Part shown: positions 1-11,040 of the stretch, piece after piece
Layout: each line of letters starts with the position of its first letter
How positions within the stretch are numbered: the first letter of the stretch is position 1
Assembly: GCF_004010195.1 (NCBI RefSeq)
Contig: NC_057752.1
Coordinates: 14,612,762-14,652,666, forward strand
Source: Chiloscyllium plagiosum
Taxonomy: Eukaryota
Reading direction: 5' to 3'
DNA length: 39,905 nt
The notes under the pieces: generated by a model
The model's input: only the letters and a program-made list of their open reading frames with translations
Database searches by the model: none
What the model was told of the DNA's origin: nothing
Program-made: the position numbers and the translations under genes

Positions 1-331
1 ATAGTGCCCAGGGATGTGTAGGTTAGGGTGGATTGGCCATGCTAAATTGTCCCATAGTGTCCAGGGATGTGTAGGTTAGGGTGGATTGGCCATGCTAGAT
101 TGTCCCATAGTGTCTAGGGATGTGTAGGTTAGGGTGGATTGGCCATGCTAAATTGTCCCATAGTGTCCAGGGATGTGTAGGTTAGGGTGGATTGGCCATG
201 CCAAATTGTCGGATAGTGTCCAGGGATGTGTAGGTTAGGGTGGATTGGCCATGCTATTTTGTCCCATAGTGTCCAGGGATGTGTAGGTTAGGGTGGATCG
301 GCCATGCTACATTGTCCCATAGTGCCCAGGG
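1..331 (+). repeat. 53-bp tandem repeat (6 full units plus a partial unit, open at the window edge) derived from the central region of an HE1 V-SINE
   Basis: Unit ATAGTGTCCAGGGATGTGTAGGTTAGGGTGGATTGGCCATGCTAAATTGTCCC starts at 1, 54, 107, 160, 213, 266 and 319. The same motif occurs about 2.5 times inside the SINE at 8141-8537. Confidence 0.95.
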
Positions 332-462
332 TGGAGTGGAGTTGGCTGGGTGGAGTAGCCATGGGGAATGCAGGGTTATAGGGTGGGTCTGGGTGATATG
401 CTCATCAGACGATCGGTGTGGACTCAGTGCGCTGAATGGCCTGCTTCCACACTGTCGAGAGT
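319..462 (+). mobile_element. HE1-type SINE 3' part continuing from the tandem array
   Basis: TAGCCATGGGGAATGCAGGGTTA...GGGTCTGGGTG..ATGCTC...GAATGGCCTGCTTCCACACTGT aligns by eye with 8412-8530. Confidence 0.85.
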
Positions 463-529
463 TTATTTACGATCAATAAATTTCATTTGAAGTTATTTGA
501 TCGGGGTTAAATTATGTTTAATCAAATTG

Positions 530-975
530 TCAGCAAGCCAATCATGCTCATCCAGGCCTGTGCTCACTAGCTTCAAAACACCATGGCAAATATTTGGAAT
601 GATTCTGCAATCGGACATTTACTACATAATGCAGACCACATTAATAATTCCAGCAGGTTCTGCAGCGTAATGCATTCATGTGTGTCTGAAGTCAGATACA
701 GTAACACATATTTGTATGGAGGCTAAAAGAATGCATTCATAAATTGCACTTTTTTCATTGGGAAAATGGTTACGCTAGCTGATCAGAGCCTACCTGACTT
801 ACCTGGTAACTAAGATTGATAGTTAACTGTTTCTGCTGCATCGCCTTGCCAACAATGGCCAAATCAATTGGCACTTTCCTCTAAAACCGTGTAAATTTGT
901 GTTTCTTTCCCATGTCTGGTGTCTAATCTCCTCACCCTGATGAACATACGATGAGAAACTTCATCATCGAGTTTC
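530..975 (+). mobile_element. Old Penelope-like element 3' remnant (GIY-YIG C-terminus plus decayed terminal motif)
   Basis: Translation from 601 gives DSAIGHLLHN...SVMHSCVSEVRYSNT, then frameshifted KECIHKLHFF, resembling the PLE endonuclease C-terminus. CTGATGA...GAAA occurs at 937-958. Confidence 0.45.
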
Positions 976-1539
976 CCTTGAGTAGTGTGTAATCTCAATA
1001 CAGCTCCATTATCATGCTGTGCCTTGTTTCTGAAGCACTAAGTGTTTCTACTCTGTGTTCCCAAGCATGTACATGATGTGGTCGCCAACAAGTAGAGGTC
1101 AGCTGCCTTCTTGAATCCAAACTGTCCTCTCCAAGTGGCACAGTACCTACCTAGCATTGGATTTCACCCTCAACGATTACTGTTCTGCATTGTTGAATTC
1201 GTGAGGCAGGTCATAACTGAGCACTCAATAATGGACAACTTGTGCATTGACGTACACAGACAGCTTGTGAGATCCTGTCCTGGAGCAATTTGTTCCTTCC
1301 AGAGCCTCACATTTGACAGAGTTGATGGCATCTGGTCAGTTCTGTGTTGCAAGCGAATATCTAACACGCTGGAAAAGAGCTAGAAATAAGCGATACTTGT
1401 TCCAACTGGAACAGTGAGAACATTAACCCTTGATCTACTGAGAATGAGTATGTGGCTCCAGTGCAAAGCCAATTTGTCAGCCCTCTCCTATGTATAATTT
1501 ATTGGTTGATGTCATGGTACCACTACTAGCAAGGATAGC

Positions 1540-1765
1540 ACTTGGTGACCACATGGTTAATAGCCTTTGAGGAGCTTTTACTGAACTGTCGTCCTGACCT
1601 GCTGCAGCCCATGTGCTGTGAGTTTCGCCATTGAGTTGTGAAGAAGTGAGCTCCAGGATTTTGACCCTGAGGAAGCGAAGGAACTGTGATAATGGGTCTG
1701 AGTCAGGACGTCCCGTGTCTTGGAAGGGAACTGCTCCCAGGCATCTTGTCCATAGTTGCCCTCTC
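1540..1765 (-). mobile_element. Decayed 3' fragment of the CR1/L2-group family seen at 15455-16328
   Basis: CCAGGATTTTGACCC...GTCAGGA...TTGGAAGGGAACT matches 15613-15676 by eye. Confidence 0.5.
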
Positions 1766-1846
1766 CAGATCAACGCCAATGAACACACTGATTCATAGCC
1801 TTTACTGTTAATGCAATCCACCTCTTTATTTATCACGCAGTCTGAT

Positions 1847-2190
1847 TAGACAATAGACAATAGGTGCAGGAGTAGGCCATTCTGCCCTTCGAGCCTGCAC
1901 CACCATTCATTATGATCATTGCTGATCATCCTCAATCAGTATCCTGTTCCTGCCTTATCTCCATAACCCTTGATTCCACTATCCTTGAGAGCTCTGTCCA
2001 TTTCTTTCTTAAACGAATCCAGAGACTGGACCTCCACTGCCTTCTGGGGCAGAGCATTCCACACAGCCACCACTCTGGGTGAAGAAGTTTCTCCTCATCT
2101 CTGTCCTAAATGGCCTACCCAGTATTTTTAAGCTGTGTTCTCTGGTTCGGGACTCACCCATCAGCGGAAACATGTTTCCTGCCTCCAGAG
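1847..2190 (-). mobile_element. CR1 LINE 3' end
   Basis: TAGACAATAGACAATAGG tail, GAGTAGGCCATTC.GCCCTTCGAGCC terminal hairpin region, and GTGAAGAAGTTTCTCCTCATCTC (antisense of the conserved MRRNFF motif). Confidence 0.85.
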
Positions 2191-2629
2191 GAAAGTTGAA
2201 AATGTCTTCTGCGGCATTTTATTCTGTCACAGAATTTCACAAACTCTCTTCAAACCAGATGCCAGTCTCTGGCATGAACTAAGCTATCAGTTTGTTTGGT
2301 GATTGTGCTATCTCCCTGTTTCGAGTAAATTCTTATCGAACTGTAAGATAAGGAAAATTTGTTCTTCTAACCGATAGCAATTTAGATCAAAGTTCAGGGC
2401 AACAAAGCTCTCAGAGTTCGGAAATGGTGTCCACACACATTTTTACAGTGAGTCATACTGCCCGCCATGTTGGTGGGCATGTTAGAGTGCACAACCTTAA
2501 ATGGACACACAAATCAATGACATCAAACAGCACACAGCCTGGACATTCCACGCCAACAGTGCCAGTTCACAGCTCAATGTTCTAGCTAATGCCCTCGTTA
2601 TGGGGAAAGGACAGGATGGTAGACGTGAG

Positions 2630-2716
2630 GAATGCTGGATCAGCCATAATCCTATTGAATGGGAGAGAAGACTCGAGGGGCCGAATGGCTACTTCTGTTC
2701 CTATTTCCAATGTTAA
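2630..2716 (+). mobile_element. Short CR1 3' UTR fragment
   Basis: GATCAGCCAT.ATC.TATTGAATGG...CTCGAGGGGCCGAATGGC.TACT.CTG.TCCTATT. Confidence 0.65.
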
Positions 2717-3499
2717 GAGGCCATCAGCCCATCATCTTCACACATGCACCTTCCAAGCAGGTGTCTAAGGGGAACACCAACTACTTCCAAGTTGGTTACT
2801 GTTTGATTTTGTTTGACTACTTCTTCAACTGTTGGTGAGTTTTAAAATCTTTGTTCAAGGCTTGCTAAAGTCCACCAGGGGTGTTGTAGCTGGTGCTGAA
2901 TAAACTCAAAGCATCTGCACAAACTTCTTTACATGGGCACACGCTGAGCTTTTCCATTGAAATACACTGGGACTTGGAGAACGAGTAATAAGCAGCCAGA
3001 ACTGAACGAGCTTCTAGAGGGCAGTGGGAAGGAGACAATATACTCCCCAGCCTGTTCAGGAGAATGTCTCTAACTGAAAACCCAATGAGGATCAGGGTAG
3101 GAGATATCTGAACTTTCAGTAAGAAGGACCACTGTGAGCTCCACTTTCCCCAACTTCAACTGCAGCCTCCGAGCAGGGTAAAGACTCAATTGCTTCTGGT
3201 TGTGAGGGTGACTGCTGCAATGAATGCTTTATGCATTTGATTGTCTCCAGGATATTTCTAACATCTCAGTGTCTGTCTCCCACTGTTGTACAGGGCAGTC
3301 ATTGACGTGGGCTCCTCAATAACAGCATTACCAAGGAGATGAGCATGCTGGCAGCTTTGCTGGGGTACAGGTATCTCAATGGGGCAAAGTGCTATTGACT
3401 GTACTCACCTCACTCTGCAACTGCCAATCACTCTGGCAGCTGGAGACTGGGCGGGGAGTCCACACCATTAACATCCAACTGCTGTATGACAACAGGTAG

Positions 3500-3757
3500 T
3501 GAATGGAAACAGATCAATGAAGGACTCTAATTTCAAACTTTAAATTTTATTACTACTTTAGACTGAGAAGGACTGTAAAGTCAAACTTTTAATTTATTTT
3601 AACTTATTTCTTTGTTTTTCTACATTTTACCTAAGATTTTGCAGCTAGGTGCCTATATCTAAGATGGTGCCAGGACTGGCGACATTGTAAATGTTTCAGT
3701 GTACTCCTGTATCCCTCCGTGTAAGTACACATGACGGTAAAGCCTCATTCTAATTCT
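3500..3757 (+). mobile_element. Rex1/Babar-like LINE 3' UTR fragment inserted in the Harbinger remnant
   Basis: Ends TTTCAGTGTACTC...GTACACATGACGGTAAA...ATTCTAATTCTA, similar to the 3' end of the Rex1-like element at 34170-34237. Confidence 0.5.
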
Positions 3758-4046
3758 ATCTTGGCATCTGTTATGTTGCTTTCATTCTGCAGCTGTCTGA
3801 TGTTCCAGGGACATTTGAACCACTCACAAGCCTTAGGGTGACTGCTGGACAACAAGCTTAATGGCTCTTGTACACAAACCATGCACAAATTCATAGTGTG
3901 TACATAATGAAAGTCATGCTTTGATGCCAAGTGTGTTAGGGAAGATCATTGCTGCATTGATACAACATGTCAAGACCTCTTGGGGAGCCCCGTTGTATTC
4001 TTGGCAGAGCAGGAGTCAGAATTTATCTCAGTCTGCTGCACGCAAG

Positions 4047-4177
4047 GAGAAAGTGAGCACGGCAGATGCTGGAGATCAGAGTCGAAGAGTGTGTTGCTGG
4101 AAAAGCACAGCCGGTCAGGCAGCATCTGAGGAGCAGGAGTATCGATGTTTCGGGCATATGCCCTTCATCAGGAATGA
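4047..4177 (-). mobile_element. Penelope-like element terminal fragment with hammerhead motif
   Basis: Homologous to 24519-24647 and 39492-39618. The minus strand reads ATTC CTGATGA A GGGC ATAT GCCC GAAA CATC GAT (4175-4141). Confidence 0.85.
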
Positions 4178-4454
4178 GGCTGGACATGCTAGGCAAACGC
4201 ATTAACATTAAAAGACAGCCCTGCTCAACAATGAGCGCCTCAAGAGGATGAAGAGGGAGAGGAGGAACAGGACGTGTGGAGGGAGCAGCTGGAGGACGGG
4301 AAGAGGAAACTTGGAGAACCCATTTCTGGCAGCACTGTCCTTGAAGGTGATACAGGAAGGGGAAGGTAGGGACGTGGGTTGTGGTGGGTGGAGTGTGAGA
4401 AAGAGAGTTAGGTTTAATAACAGTGCCACCTTCAATGATTTCAGTGTTGGCTAT

Positions 4455-4742
4455 TAGCTATGACTGCAGCAAGGTGCTGAGCACCATCTCCTCTGTGGGA
4501 ATAAGGAAATCCAGCTGTACCTATGACCCTCAGGATATCTCCTGCAGCCTATGGATGTGCACATCGTGTCCTGAAGGAGAGAGTGAAGATCCCCAAAGAG
4601 TACCATGTAATCTGGTCAAAATAGTTGAATAGCTGATAGTGTGTGTGTGCACTGTAAGACCTGACTGTGTGGTTTGCAACAGTGTTAAATGCTTAAGAGT
4701 GTGCTCTTGAAAGTCAGGTATGAGCCCAGAGTGATACAATGG
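4455..4742 (-). pseudogene. Probable decayed Myb/SANT-like (trihelix) partner ORF of the Harbinger element
   Basis: Minus strand gives LYHSG...HTLKH, an FN.LTR-like stretch, a pyrimidine-tract acceptor CTCTCTCCTTCAG (AG at 4572-4571), then ..HRLQEIS*GS*VQLDFLIPTEEMVLSTL, resembling 'R.TGGG...L..LTP.EE.VL.I'. It is convergent with the transposase. Confidence 0.45.
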
Positions 4743-4869
4743 TTGGGATCTGAGATTTAGAGATGTGGTGTTTAATCAGTCTGGAGATATTGTTACATTT
4801 GGCAGGGTATGGCATTTAAATAAATATTCATTGTATATGTCTAGTTGTGTAATGTCATTACCATTCATA

Positions 4870-5056
4870 TCGTTCATGGAATGCCCTGCCAGTAGCAGTG
4901 GTGGACTCTCCCTCTTTATGGGCATTTAAGCGGGCATTGGATAGGTATATGGAGGATAGTGGGTTAGTATAGGTTAGGTGGGCTTGGATCGGCACAACAT
5001 CGAGGGCCAAAGGGCCTGTACTGCGCTGTATTCTTCTATGTTCTATGTTCTATGTA
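4870..5056 (+). mobile_element. CR1 LINE 3' end
   Basis: TGGAATGCCCTGCCA (WNALP), TTTAAGCGGGCATTGGAT (FKRALD), GAGGGCCAAAGGGCCTGTACTG and a (TTCTATG)3 tail. Confidence 0.9.
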
Positions 5057-5154
5057 GAGCTCGACTCCGGCCCAGCACCCTCGTGACTCTGACATTATCC
5101 ATCCAAGGGTGGAGAGACAAGATACACCTGTCCTCCATTGTGCCTTTAGGTTCA

Positions 5155-5232
5155 GCAACCTGTGGGTCAACCTGTAGCACACGGACTGCAGCAGTTCAAG
5201 AAGGCAGCTCACTCCCACCTTCTCAAGAGGGA
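5155..5232 (+). mobile_element. 3' fragment of CR1/L2-group family B
   Basis: CACACGGACTGCAGCAGTTCAAGAAGGCAGCTCAC.CCCACCTTCTCAAG is shared with 21008-21057 and the antisense of 15528-15577. Confidence 0.8.
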
Positions 5233-5235
5233 AGG

Positions 5236-5429
5236 TCATAGAGTCATAGAGATGTACAGCATAGAAACAGACCCTTTGGTCCAACCCTTCCATGCCAACC
5301 AGATATCCCAACCCAATCTAGTCTCACCTGCCAGCACCCGGCCTATATCCCTCCAAACCCTTCCCATTCATATACCCATCCAAATGTCTCGGAAATGTTG
5401 CAATTGTACCAGCCTCCACCACTTCCTCT
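5236..5429 (-). mobile_element. Young CR1 family, short 3' fragment
   Basis: GTCATAGAGTCATAGAGATGTACAGC tail; near-identical to 9284-9478 and 14155-14346. Confidence 0.92.
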
Positions 5430-5741
5430 AATGACGAAGGTCAGATAGCCGTTTTGCGGATTGTATCACCAGATTCCTGTTTAATGAGCAGTGCCAAGAA
5501 GATTGAAAATGGAAACGTGTGGGCAGATGGGTAATGCATCACCAGAGAGACAAGGGAGGACAGCGTGATAAGTACATCAGATATAAGAGGGATGATGAAT
5601 AGACAGAAATGGTGAGAGAAAAGATTGGTTTCGAGCGTGGAAGCAAGAGAAATCATTTGAGGCACAGACAGGGCGAGAGAGGTGGAGAGGGGGTGAAGTT
5701 AAAACTTGGATTGTTACCAATGCATTTCTTCCTTATAAATG

Positions 5742-5881
5742 ATTAGATTAGATTCCTGACAGTGTGGAAACAGGCCCTTCAGCCCAACCAGTCCACACCG
5801 ATCCTCTGAATGTAATCCATTTCCCTCTGACTAATGCACCGAACACTACGGGCAATTTAGCATGGCCAATTCACCCTGACC
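5742..5881 (-). mobile_element. HE1-type SINE 3' half
   Basis: TTAGATTAGATT tail, ACAGTGTGGAAACAGGCCC and GGGCAATTTAGCATGGCCAATTCACC (antisense central domain). Confidence 0.8.
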
Positions 5882-5885
5882 AATT

Positions 5886-6736
5886 CTCAGCCCATGGGCC
5901 AATGGGCTGAGAAGTGGCAGATGGAGTTTAATGTAGATAAATGTGAGGTGCTGCATTTTGGGAAAGCAAATCTTAGCAGGACTTATACATTTAATGGTAA
6001 GGTCCTGGGGAGTGTTGCTGAACAAAGAGACCTCGGATGCAGGTTCATAGCTCCTTGAAAGTGGAGTCACAGTTAGATAAGATAGTGAAGAAGGTGTTTG
6101 GTATGCTTTCCTTTATTGGTCAGAGTATTGAGTATAGGAGTTGGGAGGTCATGTTGCAGCTGTACAGGACATTGGTTAGGCCACTGTTGGAATATTGAGT
6201 GCAAGTTGGGTATCCTTTCTATTGGAAGGATGTTGTGAAACTTGAAAGGGTTCAGAAATGATCTACAAGGATGTTGCCAGGGTTGGAGGATTTGAGCTAT
6301 AGGGAGAGGTTGAATAGGCTGGGGCTGTTTTCCCCGGAGCGTCAGATCCTGAGGGGTGACCTTATAGAGGTTTATAAAATCATGAGGGACATGGATAGGG
6401 TAAATAGACAAGGTCTTTTCCCTGGGGTGGGGGAGTCCAGAACTAGCGGGCATAGGTTTAGGGTGAGAGGAGAAAGATATAAAAGAGACCTAAGGGGCAA
6501 CTTTTTCACACAGAAGGTGGTACGTGTATGGAATGAGCTGCCAGAGGATGTGGTGGAGGCTGGTACAATTGCAACATTTAAAAGGCATTTGGATGGGTAT
6601 ATGAATAGGAAGGGTTTGGAGAGATATGGGCTGGGTGTTGGCAGGTGAGACTAGATTGGGTTGGGATATCTGGTCAGCATGGACGGGTTGGACCCAAGGG
6701 CTTGTTTCCATGCTGTACATCTCTATGACTCTATGA
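5886..6736 (+). mobile_element. Young CR1 LINE, 5'-truncated (RT C-terminal part plus 3' UTR)
   Basis: WAEKWQMEFNVDKCEVLH, ORF 6271-6648 (MLPGLEDLSYRERLNRLGLFS...LRGDLIEVYKIM...RGNFFTQKVVRVWNELP) and a CTCTATGACTCTATGA tail. Confidence 0.95.
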
Positions 6737-6828
6737 TGCTGAACTTATACAAGACACTTGGTGGGCCTCAGCTGGACTATCGTGTTCAATTGTGAGCGCC
6801 ACATTATAGGAATTATGTGGATGTATTG

Positions 6829-6866
<38 letters not shown>

Positions 6867-7203
6867 AGACCCGATTTACAGGCATGGTTTGAGGAATGAG
6901 AAAGTTCAGTGATGAGGGTAGATTGAGGAAGTTATGACTGTTCTCCCTGGAGAGAGGAAGGCTGAGAGGAGAGTTGATAGAAGTTTTCCAAATCATGAGT
7001 AGGCCGGACAGAGTAGATCGGGAGAAGCTGTGCCCACTTGTAAAAGGATCAAGAACGAGAGGGGCATAGGTTTAAAGTGATGTGTGAGCGAAGCAAGGGG
7101 AATGTGAGAAAAGAACTTTCTCACCCAGTGAGTCTGGAATGCATTGCCTGGAAATGTGGTGGACACAGGTTCAATTGAGGCATTCAAGAGAGACATTGGA
7201 TGG
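6737..7203 (+). mobile_element. Older CR1 fragment with internal (GA)n at ~6829-6865
   Basis: LNLYKTL..PQLDY.VQ, RLRGELIEVFQIM and WNALPG motifs with frameshifts. Confidence 0.8.
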
Positions 7204-7522
7204 GGAAGGACCTGCACAAGATGCCCATACAAGAAAAATGACAATCTCTAGAACAGTAATTGCTCTTGGTATACTGCAAGATGAAGTGAACTCTAAGATG
7301 CCCCATGACCCCGATTCATTGAAGAGTATGAATAAATCTCGCTGCAATGATTGCTGTCGTATCTTCTTTCTCATTAAGATCAGAGTGCTGCAAATATGAG
7401 GAGGAGGAAGGGGAAGGTAGAAGAAATGGCAGGGTCACCCCTTGACAGATTGCAGTGTAACATAGTCACGGTCACAGAATCACGTGTTAGATTCTAAGCC
7501 AAATACTCTTCATTCATCCAGC

Positions 7523-7667
7523 CATACAAACATACAAACAAGAGCAGACACTCGGCCCTTCAAGCCTGCACTCCCATTCAAAAGAGTGTGGCTGATCTGA
7601 TTTTAACCTAACCCAGACATTCCTGCATACCGCCGGATAATCTTTCATCCCCTTGGTCATCAAGAAC
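7523..7667 (-). mobile_element. CR1 3' UTR fragment
   Basis: CATACAAACATACAAAC tail followed by CGGCCCTTCAAGCCTGC.CTCCCATTCAA...TGGCTGATCTG. Confidence 0.65.
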
Positions 7668-7999
7668 TAATGGCCAATAAGAACTGGAGTTTGACTTGCA
7701 CGCACAGTTTCTACCTCAAGGACAGAGACACCATCCCCTGAGTCTCAAGACCTACATCAGATGGGATAACAGCCAGTGACAAGTAAGTTCTATTTCAGCA
7801 GGAAAGGAGTAAAGTTTTTCAAAAATGACAAATGCTTAAAATGGATAAGGCAGGGTGAGCAAGTCTGGGAGAATACCATGAAAAGACAATGGAGAGGGAG
7901 TAAGTGATTAAATAACAGAAGATGTCCACTTCAGAAAATCAACAAAAGAAGCAAATTGGGAGTTGGAGGAGGCCTGACCAGTTCAAGCTTTCAACAGAG

Positions 8000-8650
8000 A
8001 ATCAAACCCTTATCTAAACAGCTCGTGGATGAAGGATGGAGAGAATTTCTTTTCAAGCAACGAGTTGTTACGATGTGAACTTCTGGTAGAAGCAGAGTCG
8101 ATGGCAAATTGAAAATAAATTGGATTAAAAAATATTAAAAGGGGCAGCACGGTGGCTCAGTGGTCAGCACTGTTGCCTCACAGCGCCAGCGACCCGGGTT
8201 CGATTCCAATCTCGGGTGTCTGTGTGGAGTTTGTACGTTCTCTCTGTGTCTGAGTGGGTTTTCTCCAGTTTTCTCCCACAGTCTAAAGATGTGTAGGCTA
8301 GGTGGCTTGGCCATGTTAAACTGCTCATAGTATTGAGGGATGTGCAGGTTAAGGTGGATTGGCTGTGCTAAATTGTCCCATACTGTTCAGGGATGTGCAG
8401 GCTAGGTAGGTTAGCCATGGGGGATGTGGGGTTACCGGGATAGGGTAGAGGGGTGGATCTACGTGGGATGCTCTTCGGAGGGCCAGTGTGAACACGATGG
8501 GCCGAATGGCCTACTTCCACCCTGTAGGGATTCTATGAATATAAAACTGTAGGGCTATGGAGAAAGCGAGGAGGATTATGAGATGTATTTGGATCTTTGT
8601 TTTCAAGATATAACACTGACACTGGGTTCTTTCTCAGCTGCACAAATTTT
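8000..8650 (+). mobile_element. Old CR1 3' region split by the HE1 insertion
   Basis: GGAGAGAATTTCTTTTC..GCAACGAGTTGTT (RNFFxQRVV-like) lies before the SINE and GGGCTATGGAGAAAG after it. Confidence 0.5.
8141..8537 (+). mobile_element. Full-length HE1-type tRNA-derived V-SINE
   Basis: Pol III A box TGGCTCAGTGG (8153-8163), B box GGTTCGATTCC (8197-8207), TGTGTGGAGTTTG.ACGTTCTC central domain and CR1-like 3' end GGCCGAATGGCCTACTTCC...ATTCTATGA. Flanks are AATATTAAAA / AATATAAAA (degenerate TSD). Confidence 0.92.
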
Positions 8651-8759
8651 AGTTTCATTCCAGCTAAGATTTTATTTTGTCTTTTATAACGTGAGCATGA
8701 CTCTGAATGTGCGTGTGTGTATGCATGATAAATAGAATTGAGAGACTGAATTGATCTTT

Positions 8760-9253
8760 AAACCTACCATGGAGTATTGTGTCCAGTTCTCGTCTCCATG
8801 ATATAGAAAAAATATTGTTAAGCTGGAGAGGGTTCAGAAGAGATTTATGAGGATGTTGCCGGAAATGGAGAGTGTGAGTTAGGAGAGGTTGGATAGGCTG
8901 GGATTTTCTTCATTGGAGCATAGGAGGCTGAGGGGTGACCTTATCGAGGTTTATAAAATCATGAGGGGTTTAGATAAGGTAAATGGCAGGTGCCTTTTCC
9001 CTAGGTTTAAAAAAGACAGTGAGTTTTCTGTGTGTGGAATGAACTTCCTGAGGAAGTGGTGGATGTGGGTACAAATGTAATGTTTAAAAGACATTTGGAT
9101 AAGTACATGAATAGGAAAGGTTTGGAGTGTATGAGCCAGGAGCAGGCAGGTGGGACGGGTTTAGTTTGGGATTATGGTCGGCATGGATTGGTTGGACCGA
9201 AGGGTCTGTTTCCATGCTGTATGAATCTCTGACTCGATGACTGGCTCTATGAC
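8760..9253 (+). mobile_element. CR1 LINE, 5'-truncated with internal deletion
   Basis: EYCVQF.SP, KLERVQKRF.RMLP, RLRGDLIEVYKIMRG and WNELPEEVV motifs; degenerate CTCTATGAC tail. Confidence 0.9.
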
Positions 9254-9280
9254 ATATCCACATTGGAACCACTCTGAATT

Positions 9281-10846
9281 AGAGTCATAGAGTCATAGAG
9301 ATGTACAGCATGGCAACAGACCCTTCAGTCCATCCCGTCCATGCCGACCAGATATCCCAACCCAATCTAGTCCCAACAGCCATTACCCGGGCCATATCCC
9401 TCCAAACCCTTCCTATTCATATACCCATCCAAATGCCTCTTAAATGTTGTAATTGTACCAGCCTCCACCACTTCCTCTGGCAGCTCATTCCATACACGTA
9501 CCACCCTCTGTGTGAAAAGGTTGCCCCTTAGGTCTCTCTTATATCTTTCCCCTCTCACCCTAAACCTATGCCCTCTAGTTCTGAACTCCCTGACCCCAGG
9601 GAAAAGACTTTGTCTACTTATCTGATTCATGCCCCTTATAATTTTGTAAACCTCTATAAGGTCACCCCTCAGGTTCGGACGCTCCAGGGAAAATAGTCCC
9701 AGTTTGTTCAGCCTCTCCCTGTAGCTCAAATCCTCCAACCCCGGCAACATCCTTGTAAATCCTTTCTGAACCTTTCAAGTTTCACAACATCTTTCTGATA
9801 GGAAGGAGACCAGAATTGCACACAATATTCCAACAGTGGCCTAACCAATGTCCTGTACAGCCGCAACATGACTTCCCAACTCCTGTACTCAATGCTCTGA
9901 CCAATAAAGGAAAGCATACAAAATGCCTTCTTCACTATCCNNNNNNNNNNNNNNNNNNNNNNNNNNNNNNNNNNNNNNNNNNNNNNNNNNNNNNNNNNNN
10001 NNNNNNNNNNNNNNNNNNNNNNNNNNNNNNNNNNNNNNNNNNNNNNNNNNNNNNNNNNNNNNNNNNNNNNNNNNNNNNNNNNNNNNNNNNNNNNNNNNNN
10101 NNNNNNNNNNNNNNNNNNNNNNNNNNNNNNNNNNNNNNNNNNNNNNNNNNNNNNNNNNNNNNNNNNNNNNNNNNNNNNNNNNNNNNNNNNNNNNNNNNNN
10201 NNNNNNNNNNNNNNNNNNNNNNNNNNNNNNNNNNNNNNNNNNNNNNNNNNNNNNNNNNNNNNNNNNNNNNNNNNNNNNNNNNNNNNNNNNNNNNNNNNNN
10301 NNNNNNNTTCAAAAAACTCAATCAAGTTTGTGAGACATGATTTCCCACGCACAAAGCCATGTTGACTATCCCAAATTGGTCCTTGCCTTTCTAAATACAT
10401 GTACATCCTGTCCCTCAGGATTCCCTCCAACAACTTGCCCACCACCGAGGTCAGGCTCATTGGTCTATAGTTCCCTGGCTTGTCCTTACCGCCCTTCTTA
10501 AACAGTGGCACCAAGTTCGCCAACCTCCAATCTTCCGGCATCTCACCTGTGACTATCGATGATACAAATATCTCAGCAAGAGGCCCAACAATCACTTCTC
10601 TAGCTTCCCACAGAGTTCTAGGATACACCTGATCAGGTCCTGGGAACTTATTCACCTGTATGCGTTTCAAGGCATCCAGCACGTCCTCCTCTGTAATATA
10701 GACATTTTGCAAGGTGTCACCATCTATTTCCCTACAGTCTATATCTTCCATATCCTTTTCTACACTAAATACTGATGCAAAATATTTAGTATCTCCCCCA
10801 TTTTCTGCAGCTCCACACAAAGGCCGCCTTGCTGATCTGTGAGGGG
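9281..10846 (-). mobile_element. Young CR1 LINE ORF2 (RT) fragment spanning an assembly gap
   Basis: ORF 9726-10820 contains KYFASVF, PGPDQVYPRTL, DWRLANLVPLFKKG, NYRPMSLTSVVGKLLE and SQHGFVRGKSCLTNLIEFFE. ORF 9367-9750 gives the C-terminus; (ATAGAGTC)n tail. Confidence 0.95.
9941..10307. other. Assembly gap (367 N)
   Basis: Run of N. Confidence 1.
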
Positions 10847-11040
10847 CACAACAATACTCCCAGTTTTTTAGATCTAGTTGATACGTTTCTTAACTCTATC
10901 TGTTTCCATTCATTCCCCTCACATCCTTCCCAAAGAAAGACTTTTGGCTTTTCCAAGGAATTCACTGCCAATTTTAAATTGTGCTACGACCTCCACAGTT
11001 TCACCCCAAAAAATCTTTTCTCTTCCTTTCCATTTTATTT

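Larger units (their letters stand above)
3030..4270 (+). pseudogene. Decayed PIF/Harbinger (HARBI1-like) DDE transposase, interrupted by two later insertions
   Basis: Frameshifted but collinear motifs: LQPPSRVKTQLLLVVRVTAAMN (~3160-3225), DISNISVSVSHCC, QSAIDCTHLTLQLP (AIDCTH at 3391-3408), GVHTINIQLLYD, YLGICYVAFILQLSDVP (from 3757), G*LLDNK, LMALVHKP..HNESHALMPSVLGKIIAALIQHVK, ISVCC, then an acidic tail. These follow the Harbinger consensus order GAIDCTH / GFHSLNVQ / YPGSSHDAFIL / GWLLGDKGY / YNESH..TR.IEQTIG.LK.RF / CC.LHN. Confidence 0.8.

Noticed and set aside
1..331. CRISPR-like array
   Set aside because: Units are contiguous with no unique spacers, there are no cas genes, the context is eukaryotic and the unit is SINE-derived.
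1111..1383. Possible exon or ORF in unique-looking sequence (90 aa on +, 65 aa on -, splice-like TTTCCAG and AG|GTAGGT on -)
   Set aside because: No recognisable domain, and the frames between the splice-like sites contain stops.
8141..8215. tRNA gene
   Set aside because: A and B boxes are present, but the sequence continues into a SINE body and recurs as decayed copies elsewhere in the window.
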